A stretch of 63,370 bases of DNA, the filler included, from Octopus bimaculoides (Eukaryota): NCBI RefSeq assembly GCF_001194135.2. It is 5 parts of 5 records of this genome, joined end to end, with 100 filler letters (N's around TTAATTAATTAA, not from the genome) between each part and the next. Parts side by side here need not be neighbours in the genome. Positions count along the whole stretch, not along the records: positions 39,492 to 54,934 come from NC_068995.1; positions 55,035 to 63,370 come from NC_068985.1; 3 more parts are not named here. The stretch is one strand, 5' to 3'. The notes beneath the pieces are model-generated. The model made no database searches. It was not told where the DNA came from and worked only from the letters and a program-made list of their open reading frames with translations. Shown piece after piece: positions 54,522-63,370 of this stretch. The first letter of the stretch is position 1. Every line of letters begins with the position of its first letter. Position numbers and translations under genes: made by a program.

Positions 54522-55124
54522 TTGTAAGTGCGTAAATGGGAAATTGCAAGATGTGGTAATTAGATGAAGGAAAATAGTGATGGAGAAAAAATTTTACAGA
54601 TGGAGGACATACCACACGCCTACACACACACACGCATACAAGAATATACACGTACACATTCTCAGCTACACAACAGGAATACACACATACACACACATGT
54701 TTTTACTTCTAGGCTTATCCAGAAACAAAGTTTGACGCAACCACACTCGTATGCACACATATATAGGCGCACATACACATAGATACGCACAAACACACAC
54801 ACACACACCTACACACACACACACCTCACGACACTGATATAACACATTAATATCGGTAACATTCCGTGTAGCACAATATATGTGTGTGTACCTGTGTGTG
54901 TGTGTTTGTGTGCCTGTGTATGCATATATATATANNNNNNNNNNNNNNNNNNNNNNNNNNNNNNNNNNNNNNNNNNNNTTAATTAATTAANNNNNNNNNN
55001 NNNNNNNNNNNNNNNNNNNNNNNNNNNNNNNNNNTATATATATATATATATATGGATGTATGTATACACATACATGCATACATACGTACGTGCATACATA
55101 TAGCATGACTAACACTCAAATACA

Positions 55125-55130
55125 TTTATT
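55125..55130 (-). promoter_or_regulatory. Candidate AATAAA polyadenylation signal of a minus-strand gene
   Basis: TTTATT at the edge of the CpG-depleted domain. The hexamer is common in AT-rich DNA. Confidence 0.2.
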
Positions 55131-55504
55131 GCCACAAACAATGGCCATGCAAAAATGATAATCTATTGAAAACAAAATGTAGACCTTTAATGGACATGCA
55201 TGTAGTCAATCTTAAGTGCTTGCTGCCTAAATTGAGAAGAGCACGTCTTTTGAATGGAAGCTCAGTTACTTAAAAACAGCTCATAAGGGAAGTTGATTCT
55301 TGTATTATGTAAATCATAATATCAGTCACCTGAATTGAGCTATTTTTTGACAAAGCAATCTGGTGCAAAAAGAAACATAGCATATTTAAGGATCTATAAG
55401 AACAGTTGTAGTTAGAATGAGGTGGGGAATAATTGTAAAGATGATCAGAAGTTTTATTCCCTTAGCACTTTGAACCAAATCAGGAATTAGGAATATTCTT
55501 CTCA

Positions 55505-55712
55505 ACTCTAGGCACAAGGCCTAAAATTTTGGGGGAGGGTGCCAGTCAATTAGATCAACCCCAGTATGCAACTGGTACTTAATTTATCAATCTCGAAAGG
55601 ATGAAAGGTAAAGTTGACCTCGGCAGAATTTGAACTCAGAATGTAAAGACAGATGAAATACTGCTAAGCATTTTGCCCAGTGTGCTAATGTTTCTGCCAG
55701 TTCATTGCCTTA
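55505..55712 (-). mobile_element. SINE family D, CpG-decayed
   Basis: Colinear with 49805-49990, with about a dozen CG to TG/CA changes. Confidence 0.85.
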
Positions 55713-55849
55713 GGAATTAGGAGTATTGAATTAATCATATGACCCCACAACAGCAAGAAGCTTGTTCTGTTCTCGCCCCTTCTCTCAAACTTTTACTCCT
55801 TATCTCCAAGCATAAAACTAACTTTTGTAAGGTTCAAAGTCTTGCAAGT

Positions 55850-56050
55850 TGCATAGCTACCTACAGGTTCCATAAAAAGAGTATCCAATAAATTCTGTAA
55901 AGTGGTCAGCATTAGAAAGTATCTCCAGCCACAGAAGCCATACCAAAACAAATACTGGAGCATGATGTGGTTCTTGGGCCCATCAGATCCTGTCAAAATG
56001 TCCAAACCCTGCAAGCATAGAACTTGGATGTTAAATGATGATGATGATGA
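55850..56050 (+). mobile_element. Interspersed repeat family E ending in a (GAT)n tail, CpG-decayed
   Basis: Related reverse copies at 60965-61150 and 61845-62330 (TTTAACGTC...GGATGC.CTTCC motif). Confidence 0.6.
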
Positions 56051-56279
56051 TAAATCAATATCAGTGAAGAAGAATTTTTTAACTATACATACAATGTACA
56101 TGCCTTTGTATGTCTGTTTATTTATTGATTGAAGCATGAATAAATATGATTAAAGTTTTAAGATGTTATAATAACATACTGTTGTAATAAGATGTTATAT
56201 AATATTCTGAAATGTAATCATATTGTATTATATTTCAAATAATTATATGTAACCATACAATAAGTTTTGTTTATTAGTA

Positions 56280-56340
56280 CCTTCACACTATATATTGGCA
56301 AGTTATGCAATAGCTACACTTCCACCTTATTAAAGACTTA
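56280..56340 (-). CDS. Candidate terminal coding exon, unknown product
   Basis: Acceptor CCCTGCATCTTTTCAG at 56341. If joined to the 63-nt exon in one frame it reads ...ETDKSLIRWKCSYCITCQYIV*. Confidence 0.2.
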
Positions 56341-56564
56341 CTGAAAAGATGCAGGGTTGTTGTCTTAATACTATAATTTTGTAGTACAACTAAGATATAT
56401 ATTTTTGTTTTTTGCATATTTATATGTTATAAACATTTAATATTGTTTCATATACTGAACCACTCAGAAAATGTGTTGTGTGGTGTTTCAAACATTTTAA
56501 CTATAAAAATTATAAAGTTCACTTTGAAATTAAAAAATAAAAGAAGCAAGTTATAATAACTTAC

Positions 56565-56627
56565 TCTGTTTCATGAAACTGATCATGTTCTGACGGGATA
56601 TGTGATGACCTGCGTAATGTATTGCTT
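56565..56627 (-). CDS. Candidate 63-nt internal exon, unknown product
   Basis: Acceptor ATTTTAACTTCAG and donor GTAAGT. GC-richer than its flanks. Two open frames: SNTLRRSSHIPSEHDQFHET or AIHYAGHHISRQNMISFMKQ. Confidence 0.4.
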
Positions 56628-57460
56628 CTGAAGTTAAAATTAATTTTCAGAAAATTTAACTTATAATATAGAAAATATGACATGATGTAGTATCTATTAT
56701 ATATTTTTTTTATTATTATGTTTTATAAAAAAAAACAGAATATTAAAAATAAAATAATATTTCAAAATTTATATTGTAAACACTTCAAAGATACACTGAT
56801 AAAAAATATATACCCAAATGATCAATTGTTTGGATATGATAGTAGAAGAAACCTTATTAGTAACTAACATACTAACAGTCTGTAGTAGTAGCAGTACTAT
56901 ACAGACATTGATATAAAAAATATATAGCTGTGAAAAAGATTAAAGAATACTAACAAACAAGGGAAGAAAATGAAAAGCCATGTGAGGAGTGGAACTTTGA
57001 TCTATGTCCCTTAATGTTTTAATAAATGCTTATGATTCACTGGGCAAATAAAACATTTTCAAGTATATAGCTTGTTTTACACCCATACAAATTTTGTTAT
57101 TATCATTGCCAATAACATACATCTTTTATCATCTTATTTTCCACATGAGCAAGTGTTGTAGCGGTCACAATGTATAGCATATCCAAAAAACGTCTGAATG
57201 CTTATATGCATGCGACTATTCACATAATGCATAATTTTAGAAGAAGCCATCCAAGAAAACTGTGAAAAGATGGATAAGAATGTCAATGAGGATGAAATTA
57301 GGGTTACTTTATTTGTAATTGTACAAACTTTTAGCTACAAGTTGATGAATGCTAACTCACAAATATGTCTGCTTTGGTATGTTACCACAAATTTAATAAT
57401 TAAAAATCTAAGAATGATTTTTTTTTAATATTATGTAAACCAGTTAACATGCTATTCTAA

Positions 57461-57682
57461 CCCTTCCATTACTGTATGTATTTTGAGATGCTCTGTGTTT
57501 CTTTCAATTAATTTTAAATATAACAAAGAATTTCATGAAATAACTTAGTTATCATTAAGCTAGTGTTAGGAACATAAATTGTGTCTAAGGTTTGGTGGAA
57601 GATTTTAATTCTAAACTTATGGCAACAAAACATTTGCACTACAGAGCCAGAGGCAGTTTCAGCCAGGTTGGTATCAAAAGGG
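57461..57682. mobile_element. piggyBac-like MITE
   Basis: Ends CCCTT...AAGGG, followed by TTAA at 57683-57686 and preceded by a degenerate CTAA at 57457-57460. Confidence 0.6.
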
Positions 57683-58067
57683 TTAAAGAGAGTGTTATAG
57701 TGGTGACATAGGCTTTGTGTATAGTTTGCATGAAAGTAAGGAGGTAAATGTCAAAATACCCCACCCGAAGGGAGTGAATGATCAAGTGTTGAGAATCATT
57801 GATGTTGAAGACTCCTTGTTGATGGGAAATATTTATGGTTATTATTGTCTGACTCCAGATCAGCCATGGTTGAAAGCCGTCTAGCTTTGAAATCTATGTT
57901 TTAGTATATCAAGAACTACATTTTCCAATGTGTCCTTGCTTTTTGAATGATGGAGTATATATACATGCATGTACATATATATGTATATATATAGCCTGTT
58001 TTACACCCATACAAATTGTATGTATGTATGCATATGATGATTGTTTGTATATATATATATATATATA

Positions 58068-58193
58068 TATATCATAAGGTTTTTAAACTTTTAAATTTTC
58101 ATATTCAAAAGAGACAGAGACTTCAATATCGAATTTGAAGTCTCTGTCTCTTTTGAATATGAAAATTTAAAAGTTTAAAAACCTTATGATATA
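58068..58193. other. Fold-back hairpin with 59-bp perfect arms and an 8-nt loop at a contig end
   Basis: 58068-58126 is the reverse complement of 58135-58193. A gap starts at 58198. Confidence 0.85.
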
Positions 58194-58252
58194 AATANNN
58201 NNNNNNNNNNNNNNNNNNNNNNNNNNNNNNNNNNNNNNNNNNNNNNNNNNNN

Positions 58253-58265
58253 GCTCTTCCGATCT
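58253..58265 (+). other. Illumina adapter remnant GCTCTTCCGATCT
   Basis: Exact 13-mer adapter end located precisely at a contig start. Confidence 0.9.
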
Positions 58266-58269
58266 TATA

Positions 58270-58760
58270 TATATGATGGTTGTCTGTTCTATACAGCGCT
58301 TGACTACCTCAGTGTACACAATACTCAGTTCTGGCATGAAATTGTATGTTGCTTCTTAGACCAGGCATACTTTTAAAAAGACATCCACATAAATTACATA
58401 CTAGTTTTGGTGCAGCTTCAATTGCTTGTAGTGCCTGATCTTGTTGAACCTTTGGAATGTTTTTTCAGATCTCCTTTAGATTTGCAAGTCTTGATACTGA
58501 TAACCATTAGGAAGTGCTCTATTGTGTGCTCTTATGTAAGACAGACAGAATTTGCTACAGGAGTGTTTCACTGGTGCTGGTGATGTCATACGTTTTAGGA
58601 GAAACATTTACACAGCACTTTATAGCTCAGTTAACCATTACCACATCATGGTCATGGTGCTTATTTCAGATTCCCAACCCAGAATGAATCCACATCATAT
58701 CAGGAAGAAGCATTTGCAACATCGATAATATAGTCTTTCAGGCTGTGATATACATTTTGT
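58270..58760 (-). mobile_element. Decayed RTE-like LINE 3' end with C2H2-like fingers
   Basis: Minus strand gives SLKDYIIDV, WESEIS, TCKSKGDLKKH and KLVCNLCGCLFKSMPGLRSNIQFH, with stops and frameshifts. Confidence 0.4.
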
Positions 58761-58875
58761 GTTTTACATGCAAACTTACAGTTGATAGTCTTACATTCTT
58801 ATAATTTCCGATGAAATAACAAAGTTTTTGATTTACCATTCATAGTTTATGTCTAAAGGAAATTAGTTAGTTTAC

Positions 58876-58967
58876 CAGTGAGTGTCTCTTGTCAACAGTT
58901 CCTGTAGGTTTTGGATAGTCTACTGATTCTAAAAACAATGGTTTACTGGAACTGCCACAAGAGATCT
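58876..58967 (-). CDS. Candidate 92-nt internal exon, unknown product
   Basis: Acceptor TTCTTTTTATTTCAG, weaker donor GTAAAC. Only one open frame: ISCGSSSKPLFLESVDYPKPTGTVDKRHSL. Confidence 0.3.
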
Positions 58968-59444
58968 CTGAAATAAAAAGAATTTTCTATTGATTTTTGT
59001 TACTAATTCAAAATCTGTTGAGAAACTTTATATTCACTTTGCATCTAATAATAGTAACTATTTGTTCGATGTTTTTCCATAGTCTTTTGATGTTTTCTGT
59101 TTTCTTTTTGGAGAATGGTAATCTGTTTTGATCATATGTTACCAATCTCTGTTTCTTCTATTCATTGGTGAATGGCAAATGCAACACAATGCTGTTAGAC
59201 ATTCAGGGTCCAAAAACAGAGAGCTTCAATTCATGCTAGTGTTTTTTAGTAACAAGATCAATCATAGATACCATCTAGTCTCTAGGTTTTCTTATTGACT
59301 TGTATCACAAACATTTGTTCGCTTAATGGCCTGTTGATGTAAATAGCAAAATTCTTTTGCAATCTTGCTTCGGACTGCTTTTTCTTTCATTTTTATTTGT
59401 TTGTAAATGGTCACTTACATGTCTGTAAAATAATTCTTTCTAAT

Positions 59445-59832
59445 ACAGGCACAAGACCTGAAATTTTGGGGGAGGGGTCTAGTTGATTACATCAACCCCA
59501 ATTCTTGGCTGGTACTTTATTGTATAGACCCCAAAAGGATGAATGATAAAGTCAGCCAGTGGAATTTAAACTCAGAACTTAAAGGCAGACAAGCCACTAA
59601 GCTTCTTGTCCAGCATACTCATGATTTTGCCAGCTAGCTATCTTTCTTTCTACTATAAGCACAAGGCTTGATATTTTGGGGGAAGGCTAGTCAATTACAT
59701 CGACCCCAGTACTCAACTGGTACTTATTTTATCAACCCTGTAAGGATAAATGGCAAAGTCACCCTTGGCGGAATTTGAACAATGTGAATCTGGAGGAAAT
59801 GCTACTAAGCATTTTGTCTGACATGCTAATGG
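59445..59832 (-). mobile_element. Two tandem SINE family D copies, CpG-decayed
   Basis: Family D cores at 59445-59640 and 59655-59830, with TG/CA replacing CG. Confidence 0.75.
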
Positions 59833-60256
59833 TTCTGCCAGTTCACTGCCTGAGATGTTTGTATGATAACAGAAGTGTTATTGTAATCATTATCTTTTTA
59901 GCTATTTTTCTGAGAGCAGAATCTTCCGGATTGTTGATACTGTTATGTACTGTGCATTCTTTATGGTTAGTGTTGCTAAGCATTTCTCTACTTTGCACTG
60001 AAATCTGAATAGTTGGTATATTTTGCATCCTTGAAGCTCTTCATCCTATTTATGTAACCAACTGAGGGATCTAACCTGCAATAGCTAACACTGACTCCCT
60101 GTCTTACTATAGCTTATGTAGTGCTAATACACATATTACAATGTATTATTTAGCAGTTTAATTCATCATTTCATTACTGCTACAGTCATGTCTAAACACA
60201 CACTTCTTTGAATTTAGCCCCCAAATATAATAAAATGCTTATATTTATGGCAGTAG

Positions 60257-60315
60257 TTTAGGCTGTAGCTTAGGCTGTAGCTTAGGCTGTAGCTTAGGCT
60301 GTAGTTTAGGCTGTA
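60257..60315. repeat. 12-bp minisatellite (TTAGGCTGTAGC) in about 5 copies
   Basis: Direct reading of the sequence. Confidence 0.9.
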
Positions 60316-61193
60316 TATGTATGTATGTATGTATGTATGTGTGTGTGTGTGTGTGTGAATGCATGTATGTAAAACATGTGCATAAAATGGAAGTGGTACC
60401 ACTAGAAACAAACAGGTAATATGTATTTCTTTAATATAGCTAGAGATTAATTATACTGGATTTCTTAAGATAGCTTCAAGATTCTAAAAACATTGCTTTA
60501 GCAAAACTGCTACAAGGGATCGGTGAAGTGACAAGAATTTTCTATTGATTTTTGTTGCTAATTTAAAATCTGATGAGTTGAGATATGTTATTAATTTATC
60601 AAATCAAATTAACATGTAAACAATAAAGAATAAAGTAATTTGTTACTTTATTATTATTCTGTGTTTGAAAATTTAATTAATGTACTAAATTTATCTTCTT
60701 GTGATTAAAAAATTGATGAAGTTTGTTTAGGGATATGTAAATTGTGTTTGAGTTTTGTCTGTCAGATCTGTCTCAGAATAAATGTAAACATTTAAACATT
60801 GAGGAGCAACACATATTCAGCATATAGAATGTACTTTACTTCAGTTTAAACTGATATTAATTGCATTACACAAGAAAGTCTTTGAATACACTATAAGTGT
60901 AAGCGTATTGTATCCTATTTGTTCTTAACCGATTAACCTGTAATGTAATTCAGCAGATTCTAATGGTTGACTCATCATTGTCCTTTAATGTCCCTTTCTC
61001 TATGCATGCATGAGTTACACAGAATTTGTTGAGGTAGATTTTCAACAGCCAGATGCCTTCCCTGTCACCAACCTTCACCTGTTTCCAGTCAAAGTAATAT
61101 ATCCCCATAGTCAAACAGGAACATCACTTGTATGACCAGTGACATCACAAGATTCCAGATAAGGTTACACATGCACACACTTATGTGCACATA

Positions 61194-61241
<48 letters not shown>

Positions 61242-61696
61242 CACGTGTGCACATACGTACACACATTTTAGATAGATAGATAGATAGATAGATATAGGTA
61301 TTCATACTACTTCTGTCGCTGTTAATTATTGTATATGTATACATATATAAGCACAGGTGTGGCTGTGTGGTAAGAAGCAGCCTCATTTATTATTTGTGAC
61401 GCTATTGTCCTAAACACAAACTGCATTTGATGAGCTCACTACACCAAGCACATGTCAATATATATCTAAAAATGAGTGCAACATACAGGAAACATCAAAT
61501 AAAAACAGAATAATGAATATCTAATGTTTTAAATTTTTCTTAAAGTCAAAACAATGCCAATGATAAAAAGACAATACAAGTTGACTGATTGTACTTTTAC
61601 AGTGTATTTCAGTATTTTAATATTAGTACTTTAAGGACAGTGAAATCAGCTCACAGCATCATCTCTCTGAAGATTTCCTGAAGAAGGAGTCCTTAC

Positions 61697-61717
61697 CCTG
61701 ATATATTGAAATATAAT
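61697..61717 (-). CDS. Candidate 21-nt microexon
   Basis: Acceptor ATTTATATTTTTAG and donor GTAAGG. The phase 1-1 reading YISIYQ is compatible with the phase-1 start of the 58876-58967 candidate. Confidence 0.15.
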
Positions 61718-61844
61718 CTAAAAATATAAATCAGCAACTTGTATTATTTCTTATAACTTACATTATTTTGGCTTTAAAAATTAAAAGCATTTATCAATAT
61801 CAGATATCATGCAAATTATACCAATCAACTAATGAATATTCATC

Positions 61845-62330
61845 ATCATCATCATCATCACCGTTTAACGTCTGCTTTCCATGCTGGCATGGGTTGGACA
61901 GTTTGACTGAGGACTGGCAAGCCAGAAGGCTGCACCAGGCTCCAATCTGATCTGGCAAGGTTTCTACAGCTGGATGCTCTTCCTAACACCAATCACTCCG
62001 AGAGTGTAGTGGGTGCTTTTTATATGCCACAGGCACAAGGGCCAGTCAAGCAGTACTGGCATCAACTGTGCTCAAATGGTGCTTTTTACGTGCCATTGGC
62101 ACAGAAGCCAGTCAGGCAGCACTGGCAACGACCACATTTGTATGGTGCTTTTTACATGTCATCTGCACAGGTGCCACTCAAGCATAGTTTATTCAACAAT
62201 GATTTCACTTACCCAATAGGTCTTCTTAAGCATAGTTTATTGTCCGATGGGCTGGTTATACAACACTGGCATAAGCCACGGCTACAGTCTCACTTGGCTT
62301 ACTGGGTCTTCTCAAGCACAGCATATCTCC
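61845..62330 (-). mobile_element. Repeat family E, long copy with internal GGTGCTTTTTA...GCCA subrepeats
   Basis: Begins with (CAT)n. Three internal subrepeats at about 62010, 62075 and 62143. Confidence 0.65.
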
Positions 62331-63069
62331 AAATAACTTCGAAAATAAAGAATTTTCTTAAAAACGCCAAAAGTAAATGATGTTTTAAATGACACATTCT
62401 ACCAGTATACGAAATTTCACATTACTTGGAGTTTCTACCTATCGCAATGGAGCACATATTTAATTTCTCCACAGTAAATGATTCATAAGTTCTGCCCATT
62501 CTGACAATAACGGTAATGTCAAATTTTTAAGTTGCTTGACATCTTATAAGTGTGTAAGAGATTAAAATTTCGATACTCCGTATCAAAGGTTCCGACAAGA
62601 ATAGGCAGAAAAGAATTTTGTTTACATAATCAGCTTTCTCTGTCAGTTGAGTAAAGTGTCATCCAAGCTGATTATTGGTAATTAAACTTAATTTGCAGCA
62701 CCTGTGCATATTCATTAGCTTTGCTTTTGTTGGTAATTCTCATGAACAACTTTTCCTGTGATCATGATTTGAGAAGACGTACAGCAGTATGCTAAAGATT
62801 GGACATAATCTCTTGTGGGCAAGAAATGTAAAATAAAGTTTATTACAAACAACACAAACACTTTGTAATTTGATAGCTTTCAATGTGATACTGTTAACCA
62901 GAATCACAAGGCTGACTCAGTTTCAAGCTGTTTGGCTCATCCTCAGCCACAAGCACCTGCATGCCAGAGCAATAGTTAGAATCTGCCCCCACTCACAATA
63001 TATTGTCAACAATGTGACCATAGGTCACTGATTTGCAACAAGCAAAATAGTTAGTTGTAAAATTTCAAG

Positions 63070-63175
63070 AAGGCGTAGGAGTGGCTGTGTGGTAAGTAGC
63101 TTGCTTACCAACCACATGGTCCAGGGTTCAGTTAACTCTGCTTTTCATCCTTCAGGCGTTGATAAAGATTTGATA
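63070..63175 (+). mobile_element. SINE family A head fused to a family D-like core fragment
   Basis: GGCGTAGGAGTGGCTGTGTGGTAAG...GGGTTCAG is followed directly by CTTTTCATCCTTCAGGCGTTGATAAA. Confidence 0.55.
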
Positions 63176-63342
63176 AGAATTACAGCAATAAGAACATACA
63201 CATATGAACATACACACACACACATTACACATGCGTAATGTGTACACACAGATGCATATATGGACAAACATAGATATGCATGAATATACAGGGTGTAAGA
63301 CATTTTGGTACAGTTATTTTGGGATTACCTAATTGGTGTAGT

Positions 63343-63370
63343 GGAGGCGCAATGGCCCAGTGGTTAGGGC
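63343..63370 (+). mobile_element. SINE family B head, cut by the window end
   Basis: GGAGGCGCAATGGCCCAGTGGTTAGGGC. Confidence 0.75.

Noticed and set aside
59419-59422. 4-nt microexon-like TTTTACAG/ACAT/GTAAGT on the minus strand
   Set aside because: It would shift the frame and is expected by chance in AT-rich DNA.
60257-60315. TTAGGC-containing repeat as interstitial telomere
   Set aside because: The unit is a 12-mer, not a hexamer array, and molluscan telomeres are TTAGGG.
60830-60870. Resemblance to U2 snRNA (TCAGTTTAA..CTGATA)
   Set aside because: Only about 15 nt are similar, and the rest of U2 is absent.
61633-61702. Plus-strand terminal exon-like stretch DSEISSQHHLSEDFLKKESLP*
   Set aside because: Weak acceptor, it conflicts with the better minus-strand splice signals, and there are no upstream plus-strand exons.

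Overview
AT-rich, microsatellite-dense eukaryotic draft scaffold with many N gaps. The repeat complement points to an octopus (coleoid cephalopod) genome; this is an inference, not a database result. No intact protein-coding gene, rRNA, true tRNA or CRISPR array is visible, and almost all listed ORFs are microsatellite or gap artefacts. Supported content: (1) a co-oriented chain of five decayed Dong/R4-type (RLE) non-LTR retrotransposon fragments separated by (TAA)n arrays at 0.3-4.65 kb, plus a sixth near 44.5 kb; (2) a dead Tc1 transposon at 13.5-14.9 kb; (3) RTE-like LINE remnants; (4) dozens of tRNA-derived SINEs from at least four families, with clusters and inverted pairs at 44.9-46.5 and 49.3-50.2 kb; (5) three small TIR elements (MITEs); (6) a sharp switch at about 55 kb to a CpG-depleted domain where SINE copies have lost most CpGs, suggesting a methylated gene body, with candidate minus-strand exons and a decayed duplicated exon; (7) assembly artefacts: fold-back palindromes at gap edges, an Illumina adapter remnant and four artificial TTAATTAATTAA linkers. 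I found no convincing novel protein-coding system.
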